Below are positions 37,377 to 46,709 of a stretch of 64,000 nt of DNA, one piece after another. This DNA is from Planctomycetota bacterium (GTDB lineage Bacteria; Planctomycetota; UBA1135; UBA2386), in contig JBKAGP010000001.1 of assembly GCA_046290465.1 (NCBI GenBank), positions 3,808,001 through 3,872,000 of the forward strand. Reading direction: 5' to 3'. The position numbers were made by a program, and so were the translations under genes. The first letter of the stretch is position 1; the number at the start of each line of letters is the position of its first letter. Below the pieces are notes generated by a model. It searched no databases, had not been told where the DNA came from, and saw nothing but the letters and a program-made list of their open reading frames with translations.

Positions 37377-38282
37377 ATGAAGAACGCATCGACGAAGGCC
37401 GCGCTCGCGGCCTTGCTCTGCATCGCGACCGCCTGCGGCACCGACACAGACGCCGCTCCGAAGGTGCTGCGCGTCTCCGGCATCCCCGACAGCAAGGGCA
37501 CCGAGATCGATGCGCTCGCCAAGGCCGTCGAGAGCTACCTCGGCAAGGAGCTCGGCATGAAGGTCGAGTACATCAACGCCACCAACTACGACGCGGCGGT
37601 GACGATGATGGGCTCCAACAAGATCGACCTCGGCTGGTTCGGTGGCGTCACCGGCGTCGACGCGGTCGACGCCTGCGAGGGCAAGGCGCGCATGATCGCG
37701 ACGCGCGAGAAGGACCTGAAGTTCAAGACCTACTTCATCGCCAACCGCGCCGTCGTCGACGCCGGCAAGGTCGCCCCGGTCGAGAGCCTCGAGGAGCTGA
37801 AGCCGAAGCTGAAGGACCTGTCGTTCACGTTCGGCAGCCTGCGCTCGACCTCGGGCCACATCATGCCGCGCCACTTCATGGTGGCTGCCGGCATCGACGC
37901 CGACAAGGACCCCAAGGGCGGCGCCAAGAACCAGAAGAACCACGACCTCACGCTCGACATGGTCGCCGACGGCCGCGTCGACGTCGGCGCGCTCAACTAC
38001 ACCAACTACGAGACCGCCAGCGACGAGAAGAAGCAGCAGGCGGTCAAGATCTACGAGACCCCGACCTACGTCGACTACTGCATGGTCGCGCGCGACACGC
38101 TCGGCGACGAGCTGATCGGCAAGATCCAGGCGGCGTTCACCCGGCTCGACCCGAACAATGCGGAGCACAAGGCGATGCTCGACGCGTTCAAGGCCGAGAA
38201 GTTCGTCGCCGCCGAGTCGTCGCAGTGGCAGATGATCCGCGACGTCATGAAGGGGCTGAAGGACAAGGGTCTGCTCAAGTAA
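37377..38282 (+). CDS. PhnD-like ABC substrate-binding lipoprotein, putative selenate-transporter clade
   Basis: Lipobox IATAC; SGIPD, LGWFGGVTGV, FKTYFIAN, FTFGSLRSTSGHIMP, TPTYVDY. Confidence 0.8.
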   Translation: MKNASTKAALAALLCIATACGTDTDAAPKVLRVSGIPDSKGTEIDALAKAVESYLGKELGMKVEYINATNYDAAVTMMGSNKIDLGWFGGVTGVDAVDACEGKARMIATREKDLKFKTYFIANRAVVDAGKVAPVESLEELKPKLKDLSFTFGSLRSTSGHIMPRHFMVAAGIDADKDPKGGAKNQKNHDLTLDMVADGRVDVGALNYTNYETASDEKKQQAVKIYETPTYVDYCMVARDTLGDELIGKIQAAFTRLDPNNAEHKAMLDAFKAEKFVAAESSQWQMIRDVMKGLKDKGLLK

Positions 38283-38293
38283 CCTGGGCCGAC

Positions 38294-39106
38294 GTGTCCA
38301 CGCCGGCTCCGACCCCCGCGACCGATCAGGTGACCGCGCTCGAACTGCGCGGCGCCACCGTGCGCGCCGGCGGCCGCGCGATCCTCGACGGCGTCGACCT
38401 CGCGATCTCCGCGGGCGAGAAGGTCGCCCTGATCGGCCCTTCGGGATCCGGCAAGACGACGCTGCTGCGCCTGCTCGGCGCGAGCCTGTGGGCCGATGCC
38501 GGCAGCGTGCACACGCTCGGCCAACGGCCGGACACGCTGCACGGCCGCGCGCTGCGCCACCACCGACGCCGGATCGCGTTCCTGCGGCAACAGGACAACC
38601 TGATCCCGCCGCTGCGCGTAGCCCACAACGTGCTGATGGGGCGCCTGGGCCGATGGTCGCCGCTGCGCGCCGCCTGGAACCTGATCTGGCCCGGAGAGCT
38701 CGACCGCGCCCGCCAGGCGCTGCGACGGGTCGAACTCGAGGACCGGCTGTGGGCGCTGCCCGACGAACTCTCCGGCGGCGAACGGCAGCGCGTCGCGATC
38801 GCGCGCATCGTCGTGCAGGAGCCCGATGCGATCCTCGCCGACGAACCGGTCAGCGCGCTCGACATCCGCCTCGGCCAGCAGGTCGTCGACCTGCTGATGG
38901 CGCTCGCGGACGAACGCGCGGCGACGCTGCTGGTCAGCCTGCACAGCCTCGACCTGCTGCACCGCGGCTTCGACCGCGTCGTCGCCCTGCGCGCCGGTCG
39001 CCTGCACTGGCAGGGCACCCCGGCCGAGCTCGACGAGGCAACGCTGCGCGACGTCTACGGCGCGGAGTTCCAGCGCCTGGACCTGGCCGGGGTCCGCGAA
39101 GCTTGA
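38294..39106 (+). CDS. PhnC-like ABC ATP-binding protein
   Basis: GPSGSGKTT, NVLMGRLG, LSGGERQRVAIAR, LADEPVSALD, SLH. Confidence 0.9.
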   Translation: MSTPAPTPATDQVTALELRGATVRAGGRAILDGVDLAISAGEKVALIGPSGSGKTTLLRLLGASLWADAGSVHTLGQRPDTLHGRALRHHRRRIAFLRQQDNLIPPLRVAHNVLMGRLGRWSPLRAAWNLIWPGELDRARQALRRVELEDRLWALPDELSGGERQRVAIARIVVQEPDAILADEPVSALDIRLGQQVVDLLMALADERAATLLVSLHSLDLLHRGFDRVVALRAGRLHWQGTPAELDEATLRDVYGAEFQRLDLAGVREA

Positions 39107-40782
39107 GCCGCTCGCCGTCGCTCCGCCCGCTGCGGCCGTACCGGGTCTGGTTCGCGCTCGTCGTCGCCGCCGCGCTGAGCGTCGCCGTGCTGCCGTGGGA
39201 CCTGAGCCATCTGGCGACCGCCGAGGGCTGGACGTCCGCGTGGGCGCGCGTCGACACGTTCGTCGAGGGCTTCGCGCCGCCGGACCTGTCGCGGAGCACG
39301 CTCACGCTCGCGACCGACCTCGCGCTCGAGACGCTCGCCATCGCCGTGCTCGGCGTCGGTCTCGGCCTGCTGCTCGCCTACCCGCTGGCAGTGCTCGCGA
39401 GCGCAGCGACCCTCGACGACGGCAGCCGCCCGGTCGGCTGGCGCGCGGCGCTCCGCGCCACCGTGCGCGAGTCGTTCCGCTTCGTGCTCGACGCGCTGCG
39501 CGGCGTCCCGGACTTCGCCTGGGCGCTGGTGCTGCTGACGATCTTCGGCCCGACCGCGGTCACCGCGGTGCTCGCGATCGCCGTGCACGTCGCCGGCATC
39601 CTCGGCAAGATCCTCAGCGAGCTGTGGGATGGCGTGCCGCGCATCCACGGCGAAGTGCTGCGCGGCACCGGCGCCACGCGCCTGCAGGTCCTGCTGTACG
39701 GCAGCCAGCCGCTGGCCGGCCGCGGCATGCTGTCGTTCTTGTTGATGCGGTTCGAATGCGCCGTCCGCAACGCGTCGGTGATCGGCGCCGTCTGCGGCGG
39801 CGGGCTCGGGGGCGCGATCATGCAGGAGCTCAGCTTCGGCAACAAACAGCGCGCCGTCACCCTGCTGCTCGCCGCGCTGGTCGTGACCGTCAGCGCCGAC
39901 TTCGCGAGCAACACGCTGCGCCGGCTGCTGCGCCAGGAACGCAGCAGCTCGCTGCAGCAGGCGCGCCGCCGTCGCCAGCTCGCCGGCCTGGCGATCGCGA
40001 CCGCCATCGCGCTCAGCCTGTTCGCGATCCGCGCGCCGATCCTCGACCTCGGGCAGGAGCTCGCCCGCCTCGACCTGCGCTACCTGCGCCAGCACTACGG
40101 CCAGCTGCTGCTGCCGGATCTGAGCGCCGAGACCCTCGGCGACGCGCTGCGCGGATTGGTCGTGCCGCTCGCCCTCGGCGTGCTCGCGACCATCGCCGCA
40201 TCGGCGATCGCAGCGGCGATGGCGTGGTGGGGCTCGGCTTCATTCCAGCTGCACTCGCAGCGGTTCGCTCCCGAACGGCGCTCGCTGCCCGTGCGCGCCT
40301 GGCGCACCGCGCTGGTGCTGGCGATGCGGGTCGGCTCCGCCGTGCTGCGCGGCATCCCCGAGGTCGCGTGGGTCTGGATCCTGGCGCTGTTCTTCCTGAC
40401 CGGGGTCGAGGCGGCGCTCGGCGCGCTGGTGCTGCACAGCGCCGGCCTGCTGGCACGCGTGTTCACCGAGACCGTCGACAACATCCCGTATCGCCGCCTC
40501 GAGGACGTCAGCGCGCCGGGCCGCGGCACGGCGTTCGTCTACGGCGCGCTGCCGTTGAGCCGCTCCGACTGGCGCACCTACGCGCTGTTCCAGTTCGAGT
40601 CCAACGTGCGCACCGGCGTCGTGCTCGGCATCGTCGGGATCGGCGGCATCGGCTACCTGTTCCGTGCGTCGCTCGCGCATGGCGCGATGAACCGGGCGTC
40701 GACGTTCCTGCTGGCCACCGTGCTGTTGACGGTGGCTATCGACCGGATCTCGCGCCGGATCCAGCGCGGTCCGCGCTGCTAG
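39103..40782 (+). CDS. PhnE/PtxC-like ABC permease, two fused permease domains
   Basis: TTGA overlap with ATPase stop; LRGVPD...RFECAVRNASVIG and LRGIPE...QFESNVRTGVVLGIVG. Confidence 0.87.
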   Translation: MSRSPSLRPLRPYRVWFALVVAAALSVAVLPWDLSHLATAEGWTSAWARVDTFVEGFAPPDLSRSTLTLATDLALETLAIAVLGVGLGLLLAYPLAVLASAATLDDGSRPVGWRAALRATVRESFRFVLDALRGVPDFAWALVLLTIFGPTAVTAVLAIAVHVAGILGKILSELWDGVPRIHGEVLRGTGATRLQVLLYGSQPLAGRGMLSFLLMRFECAVRNASVIGAVCGGGLGGAIMQELSFGNKQRAVTLLLAALVVTVSADFASNTLRRLLRQERSSSLQQARRRRQLAGLAIATAIALSLFAIRAPILDLGQELARLDLRYLRQHYGQLLLPDLSAETLGDALRGLVVPLALGVLATIAASAIAAAMAWWGSASFQLHSQRFAPERRSLPVRAWRTALVLAMRVGSAVLRGIPEVAWVWILALFFLTGVEAALGALVLHSAGLLARVFTETVDNIPYRRLEDVSAPGRGTAFVYGALPLSRSDWRTYALFQFESNVRTGVVLGIVGIGGIGYLFRASLAHGAMNRASTFLLATVLLTVAIDRISRRIQRGPRC

Positions 40783-40788
40783 GAGCGC

Positions 40789-42117
40789 CTACCAGTAGGT
40801 GCGGTAGGCGACGAACGCACTCCAGCCGCGGAAGATGTCCATCCCGTCGCTGCTCAGCGTGTCGTACTCGACGCCGAACATGACCTTGTGCTGGTGGCCG
40901 CACAGCAGCTTGTTGAGGCCCGCGTAGAACGTCAGCTGCTCGTCACCGCGGCCATTCGCGAACGCCGGCAGGTTGTCCTTCACGCCGGCTCGCCGCACGT
41001 AGCGCGAATTGAGGCGGATGCCCTGCGACTCCTCGGAGCCCTGGTACTGGAACTGGAACACCGCCTCGAGGCTGTTGTCGAGGATCCAGTACGACGGCAT
41101 CACCGTGAAGCCCCAGAAGTCGCCCTCGCGGTTCGGGTTCGATCGATCCCCGTTGTTGCCGGCGATGCCCTCGACGGCGAACTCCCACGGGCCTTCCTTG
41201 TGCACCAACGCCACTGCCGTGGCCCAGTCGAGGCCGTTGGCGAGCACCTCGTCGCCGACGCTGCGCTCCTGATGGAACGCCGTCCAGCGCAGGTCGGTGT
41301 CGGCGCCGTCCGGGCCGTCGTGCAGGTCCCACTTGAGGTTGCTGTAGTACAGTTCGCCATCGTCGAACGGCGCCAGCCAGTCGTCCTGGGTCGTGCTGAA
41401 CACACCGACGGTCCAGTCGATCGGGTCGAGGCCGACCTGCACCCACGCGCCGGTCGGGTTGGCGAACTCGGAGTTGAACGCCCAGATCTTGTTGGCGATC
41501 GCCGAGCGCTCGACGGTCTTGATGCGCTTCGACGACGTCACCCACTCGTACGACATGTTGATCTCGCGCGAGCCGATGCCAACCTTGAGTGCATCGAGCT
41601 CGTCGATGCCGAACGCCTTCTTGGCGTCGAAGTGCAGCTTGAGCTGCCACATGTGCTGGAAGCGAATGTCAAAGTCGCCGCCGCGCGGACGACGGTCCTG
41701 GCCGATCTCCGCCTCGGCATACAGGTCGAAGTGGTCGAGGAACTTCGAACCGATGCCGGTCCGGAAGCGACGGATCTGGTCGGCGTGGTAGTTGAACTCG
41801 TTGCCCGAGCCCTCGCCGTCGACGATGCCGTACTGGTAGTGCAGACGGCCGAAGACTTTGAACTCCTGCACGTAGGGGTTCTCCGGGTCCTTGTAGAGCG
41901 TGCCGAGGTTCTTCCACCACTTGCAGAAGCTCGGCGGCAGCGAGGCCTCGGGCCCATCCGGCTTGGGCGGGGCGCCGCCGTCCTGGGCGGCGGCGAGCGG
42001 TGCCAGCGCGGCGAGGGTGAGCAGGGCGGCAAGGCGAACGCCGCCGCGAGAACGGACAGAGGTGCGGACTGGCTGCGCGAACGCGGTGCGAGGATGCGAG
42101 GGAATCGGAGAGGTCAT
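40789..42117 (-). CDS. Outer-membrane porin, OprO/OprP-like
   Basis: Signal ending LAAA-Q; GRLHYQY, IRRFRTG, TSSKRIKTVERSAI; alternating beta strands; terminal aromatic residue. Confidence 0.72.
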   Translation of the reverse strand: MTSPIPSHPRTAFAQPVRTSVRSRGGVRLAALLTLAALAPLAAAQDGGAPPKPDGPEASLPPSFCKWWKNLGTLYKDPENPYVQEFKVFGRLHYQYGIVDGEGSGNEFNYHADQIRRFRTGIGSKFLDHFDLYAEAEIGQDRRPRGGDFDIRFQHMWQLKLHFDAKKAFGIDELDALKVGIGSREINMSYEWVTSSKRIKTVERSAIANKIWAFNSEFANPTGAWVQVGLDPIDWTVGVFSTTQDDWLAPFDDGELYYSNLKWDLHDGPDGADTDLRWTAFHQERSVGDEVLANGLDWATAVALVHKEGPWEFAVEGIAGNNGDRSNPNREGDFWGFTVMPSYWILDNSLEAVFQFQYQGSEESQGIRLNSRYVRRAGVKDNLPAFANGRGDEQLTFYAGLNKLLCGHQHKVMFGVEYDTLSSDGMDIFRGWSAFVAYRTYW

Positions 42118-42419
42118 GTCGGGGAATGGCGAACGCACGCCTCCCCGACACACGTCAGGTTGGACGGCCTTCGCAGGTTCTGGGCAGGCGCCCGGCCACG
42201 CCGGGCTCAGGGATTGCTCAAATGACGTTGGTCATCGGGTTGGTGCGCTGTGTCGCGCAGGCTCGTTGTCTTACCTCGGTCGACGGCAGCATCCAAGGCA
42301 GCAGCATCCGGGGCCGCAGTATCCGGAACCCTCCCCCGGTCGCGCGTCGCACGAGGGCGATCACCTCGAACCGCGACGGTCCCGGCCCACGGTGCTGACG
42401 AAGCGGGTAGAACGTCAGC

Positions 42420-43268
42420 ATGCGCTCGTCCCACAAGGCGCCCGTCGTCCCGACCGTGCTGGCCACGCTGGCTCTCGCCGTCGCCGTCACCGCCGTGCTG
42501 CGCACGCCGGCCGCAGCGCTGCCGAATGCCGACACGGACCCGGAGCTGGCCACCGCCGTGCGTGACCTGCAGGCACGGGTCACCCGCCTCGAGGGCCAGC
42601 CCGCCGCGACCAGCGCCCGGCCGCAGCCCGACGACCGACCGTCGGAACCGACCACCGCGTCGACACCGATCGAGCGGAGCGCCGTCGACGTCGCCCTCCG
42701 GCAGCAACTCGCCGAGCTGACGACCCGGCTGCACAACCTCGAGCAGGCCGCGGCGCGCGACACGCAGCAGCGACGCAGCCTGGCCGAGCCCGACTCGATC
42801 CCCGCGGCGCTGGCGGTGCTGCTGGCCTCGCGCGGCGTCGTCACCAAGGTCGGCGACATCGAGGCGATCCAGCAGAACCTCGGCGTGCTCGCGGCGATCG
42901 CCGCGGACCCGACGTGCGGCGACTGGGACCGGATCGAGGCCTTTCGCGGCATGCTGACGTTCGGCTTCGACGAGCCCGAGACGTGCGCCGCCGCAGCTCC
43001 CGGCCTGGCCTCGCTGCTGCTGACGTCGACCGACGCCAAGGCTCGGCGCAGCGCCGCGGCGATGCTCCTGAACTACGCCGATCCGGCGATCAGCAACACC
43101 GTGCTCACCGCGTTCAGCCGCGAACCCGATGCGGCGGTGCGCTCTGCGCTGCTGCCGGTCCTGCTGAAGCTCCGCGACGATCCCAGCGTGCTGCAGCTGC
43201 TGCAGCAGGCCGCCGCCAACGATCCCGACCCCGGCCTGCGCACCCGGATCGCGAAGGCGCTGGAGTAG
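42420..43268 (+). CDS. Membrane-anchored coiled-coil / HEAT-repeat protein
   Basis: N-terminal hydrophobic helix, LQARVTRLE coils, DAKARRSAA / DAAVRSALL / DPGLRTRIAKAL repeats. Confidence 0.7.
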   Translation: MRSSHKAPVVPTVLATLALAVAVTAVLRTPAAALPNADTDPELATAVRDLQARVTRLEGQPAATSARPQPDDRPSEPTTASTPIERSAVDVALRQQLAELTTRLHNLEQAAARDTQQRRSLAEPDSIPAALAVLLASRGVVTKVGDIEAIQQNLGVLAAIAADPTCGDWDRIEAFRGMLTFGFDEPETCAAAAPGLASLLLTSTDAKARRSAAAMLLNYADPAISNTVLTAFSREPDAAVRSALLPVLLKLRDDPSVLQLLQQAAANDPDPGLRTRIAKALE

Positions 43269-43271
43269 GCG

Positions 43272-43796
43272 CTACCAGCCCTTCTGCGCGCGCAGCGTGG
43301 TGATGTGCGCGACGTGGTGCGCGCCGTGCCACGCGTAGGTGGCGACGAAGTCGTCGAGCGTGCGCTCGCCGTCGGTGCTGTGCAGCGAACGCTTGCGGAA
43401 CACCTTCTCGGGCTGCGAACGCAGCGCGTCGACGAGGCGCGTATGGATGCCCTGCACGATCAGCAGCGACGCGCCGATCGGCGCCTTGGCGTCGACCATC
43501 TCCGCCCAGAACGCCTCGTCGTAGGCCGGCACCGTGGCCATGTCCTCGCTGATGGTCAGCTTGTGGCGGATGTAGGCGTTGATGTGGCTGTCGGCGATGT
43601 GGTGCACGACCTGACGGAGGGACCAGCCACCCAAGCGATACGGCGTGTCGAGCTGCTCCTCGTCGAGGCCGCGCACGGCGTCGTAGAGGTGCGTCGGCAG
43701 CGCGGCCATCTCGGCGAGGCAGCGCGCGCGCCGCTCCGGCGTCAGGCGGCCCGGCAGCTGCAGCCGTCCGGTCGGGTAGCGGGGATCCTTCGCCAT
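43272..43796 (-). CDS. bstA: YfiT/BstA-family (DinB superfamily) thiol transferase
   Basis: RYPTG, TPYRLGGWSLRQVVHHIADSH, YDEAFWA, YAWHGAHHVAHI. Confidence 0.85.
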   Translation of the reverse strand: MAKDPRYPTGRLQLPGRLTPERRARCLAEMAALPTHLYDAVRGLDEEQLDTPYRLGGWSLRQVVHHIADSHINAYIRHKLTISEDMATVPAYDEAFWAEMVDAKAPIGASLLIVQGIHTRLVDALRSQPEKVFRKRSLHSTDGERTLDDFVATYAWHGAHHVAHITTLRAQKGW

Positions 43797-44306
43797 CTAG
43801 CCCTCCTTGGGTTCGACGACGACCAGCGCGTCGCCCTGGTCGACCGTCGCCCCGACCTCGGTCGAGACCGACTGCACCACGCCGGCGACGCCCGCCGACA
43901 GCTTGTGCTCCATCTTCATGGCGGAGACGACGACCAGCGTCTGCTCGGCGTCGACCTCGTCGCCCGGCTTGCACGACACCTCGAGCACGGTGCCGGTCAT
44001 CGGCGCGCGCACGGTGCCGTCGCCGCCACCGCCGCCCGGCCCGCCGCGTCGCGCGGGCGCCTCGAGCGCGTGGGTGCGGCCGTCGACACGCACCATGTAG
44101 GACTGCTGCGAACCGGCGCCGTAGGCGACCCCGCTGCGGCCGTTCTCGCCGAGCAGCTGCAGGCGAACGCCACCGTCGGGCATCGCCCGAGCGTCGTATT
44201 CGTAGGTCTGGTCGCCAACGCGCACGCGGAAGCGGTTGCCTTCGATGCGTTCGACCTGGACGCCGACGGTCTCGCCGTCGCGCACGAACTCGCGGGAGAG
44301 CTTCAT
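43797..44306 (-). CDS. Biotin carboxyl carrier protein with N-terminal beta domain
   Basis: APMTGTV...SAMKMEH biotinylation motif; ATGA overlap with upstream gene. Confidence 0.9.
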   Translation of the reverse strand: MKLSREFVRDGETVGVQVERIEGNRFRVRVGDQTYEYDARAMPDGGVRLQLLGENGRSGVAYGAGSQQSYMVRVDGRTHALEAPARRGGPGGGGGDGTVRAPMTGTVLEVSCKPGDEVDAEQTLVVVSAMKMEHKLSAGVAGVVQSVSTEVGATVDQGDALVVVEPKEG

Positions 44307-45841
44307 CGCGTCACCTCGAAGAGTCGGAAGCCGTTCAGATCCTGCCACACCTGCGTCGAGCCGGCGTGCGAGGCGCCGCTCGACCCGCCGCCGCCGCTGC
44401 CGCTGCCCGACCGCTGCAGCGCCTGGCACAGCACCGCCGCGGCCAGCGCGTGGTCGTCGGGTCCGTCCTTGGGCCCTTCGGCCAGCTCCGGACGCTTCGA
44501 CAGCATGTCGGTGCTGATCGCCGCGGTGCGGAACGCCTGGTCGTCGACGATCCGCCGCAGGAAGTCGACGTTGGTCGGGATGCCGAGGTACGCCGTATTC
44601 TCGAGCGCCTTGCTGAGGCGGTCGCACGCGGTCGCGCGGTCCGGCCCCCAGACCACCAGCTTGGCGAGCATCGAGTCGTAGTACGGCGGCACCTCCCAGC
44701 CGGAGTAGACGCCGCTGTCGACGCGGATGCCCGGGCCGGTCGGCTCGTGCACGAGATCCAGCCGACCGGCGGCCGGGATGTAGCCCTGCTCCGGCGACTC
44801 GGCGCAGATCCGCGCCTCGATCGAGTGGCCGCGCGGCGTCAGGTCCTTACCGGCGAGCGCCTCCTCGAGCTTGCCGCCGGCGGCGACGTGCAGCTGCAGG
44901 TGCACGAGGTCGACGCCGGTGACGAACTCGGTGACCGGGTGCTCGACCTGCAGGCGCGTGTTGACCTCGAGGAAGTAGAACTTGCCCGCGTCGTCGACCA
45001 GGAACTCGCAGGTGCCGGCGTTGTCGTAGCCGACGCGCTTGGCGAGCGCGACCGCGGCATCGCCCATCTGCTTGCGCAGGTCTTCGCCGACCACCGCCGA
45101 CGGCGCCTCTTCGAGCACCTTCTGGTGGCGGCGCTGCACCGAGCACTCGCGCTCGTGCAGCGACACCGCGTGGCCGTGCTCGTCGGCGAGGAACTGGATC
45201 TCGATGTGCCGCGCCGGGAACACCGCGCGCTCGACGATCATGCGGTCGTCGCCGAACGACTCCTTGGCCTCGCGGCGGCCCGCCGCAATCGCCTCGGCCA
45301 GGTCCTGTTCGCGCTCGACGCGGCGCATGCCGCGGCCGCCACCGCCGGCGCTCGCCTTGACCATGACCGGCATGCCGATCTCCTTGGCGACCTTGATCAG
45401 CTCCTCGTCGCCAAGGTCCTGCTCGGTGCCCGGGATCACCGGCACACCGGCGGCGATCGCCTCCTCGCGTGCGGCCTTCTTGCCGCCGAGGCGGTCCATC
45501 GCCTCGGCGTTGGGGCCGACGAACACCAGGCCGGCGTCCTTGACGGCGCGCGCGAACGCGCTGTTCTCGCTGAGGAAGCCGTAGCCGGGGTGGATCGCCT
45601 GCGCGCCGGTCGCCTTGGCCGCGGCCAGCACCTTGTCGATGTCGAGGTAGCTCTCGGCCGCGGTGTTGCCTCCGAGCGGCACGACGTGGTCGGCGGCGAG
45701 CACGTGCGCGCAGTTGGCGTCGGCATCGCTGTGGACCGCCACCGACTCGATGCCGAGTTCGCGCAGGCCGCGCATCACGCGCAGGGCGATCTCGCCGCGA
45801 TTGGCGACGAGCACGCGTTGGAAGGGAGGTTGGTCTGCCAT
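44303..45841 (-). CDS. Biotin carboxylase subunit of an acyl-CoA carboxylase
   Basis: LVANRGEIA, HPGYGFLSEN, GGGGRGM, ERECSVQRRHQK, LEVNTRLQVEHPVTE, YYDSMLAK. Confidence 0.94.
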   Translation of the reverse strand: MADQPPFQRVLVANRGEIALRVMRGLRELGIESVAVHSDADANCAHVLAADHVVPLGGNTAAESYLDIDKVLAAAKATGAQAIHPGYGFLSENSAFARAVKDAGLVFVGPNAEAMDRLGGKKAAREEAIAAGVPVIPGTEQDLGDEELIKVAKEIGMPVMVKASAGGGGRGMRRVEREQDLAEAIAAGRREAKESFGDDRMIVERAVFPARHIEIQFLADEHGHAVSLHERECSVQRRHQKVLEEAPSAVVGEDLRKQMGDAAVALAKRVGYDNAGTCEFLVDDAGKFYFLEVNTRLQVEHPVTEFVTGVDLVHLQLHVAAGGKLEEALAGKDLTPRGHSIEARICAESPEQGYIPAAGRLDLVHEPTGPGIRVDSGVYSGWEVPPYYDSMLAKLVVWGPDRATACDRLSKALENTAYLGIPTNVDFLRRIVDDQAFRTAAISTDMLSKRPELAEGPKDGPDDHALAAAVLCQALQRSGSGSGGGGSSGASHAGSTQVWQDLNGFRLFEVTR

Positions 45842-45881
45842 CGGGGCCGAAGACGATAGCGCGCCAGTCGGCGCGAGCCGA

Positions 45882-46652
45882 CTATTTGTCGACCCGCCGC
45901 ACCGGAACCCCGGCCTTCGCGGCGGCGAAGGCAGCCGCCTCGGCCCAGACCTCGGGCGGGTGGGTGTCCTGCCGGCCGTGCACGGCCTCGACGCCGTCGT
46001 CGAACACGATCGCGAGGTGCGGCCGTTCGACGACCTTGCCGGTCATCGCCTCGAACGTGCGCACGATCTTGACCTCGGACACCTGCGACCACGACCGCTG
46101 CTGCTCCGACGCGAACGGGTGGTTGCACCAGCGCACGCCGTCGTCGTCGAGCCGCAGGAAGAACGAGCCCATCGAGAAGTGCAGCGCCAGCGCGAGGCAG
46201 CCGATGACGACGCCGAGCAGGATCTGCAGCGACCGGAAGTCCTTGTATCCGCCGCGGGCCGAGGCGCGGTAGACGAGCTTGGCCAACGGCCGCGGCGAGA
46301 CGAACCGGTCGGTGAGCCACGGCGCGGTCGCCGCACCGATCGACAGCACCAGGAAGAACGGCCCCAGGTACCACCCGATCCCGCTCGCCGGCGTGAACGT
46401 CCTCGGCTCCGACGTCGGCGGCGCGATCAGGTAGAGCACGCCGACCGCGGCGAGCCCCAGCAGCAGTGCGGTGCCGTGCGCAGCGTGGTAGCGGAACCGG
46501 TCGAAGGCGCGCACGACGATCGAGTCGCCGTCCTGCTCGGGATCGGCCAGCGGCGGGATCAGCCGGCTGCCGCGGCTGCGCGCGATCAGGCCCAGCACCA
46601 GGGTGGCCGCGGCGCCGCCGATGGCCCCGTAGACTGCTGCGTTCGCGATCAT
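45882..46652 (-). CDS. Hypothetical membrane protein
   Basis: Four hydrophobic segments plus soluble C-terminal domain; co-oriented with neighbours. Confidence 0.7.
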   Translation of the reverse strand: MIANAAVYGAIGGAAATLVLGLIARSRGSRLIPPLADPEQDGDSIVVRAFDRFRYHAAHGTALLLGLAAVGVLYLIAPPTSEPRTFTPASGIGWYLGPFFLVLSIGAATAPWLTDRFVSPRPLAKLVYRASARGGYKDFRSLQILLGVVIGCLALALHFSMGSFFLRLDDDGVRWCNHPFASEQQRSWSQVSEVKIVRTFEAMTGKVVERPHLAIVFDDGVEAVHGRQDTHPPEVWAEAAAFAAAKAGVPVRRVDK

Positions 46653-46709
46653 GACGGGGGCAGCATGCCGCGCGTGCCGCTCTCGTCAACCGCACCCGCG
46701 CAGGCCGCG

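Noticed and set aside
37377..40782. Phosphonate catabolism (phn) operon
   Set aside because: No phnG-M, phnX/W or ptxD in the window; transporter only
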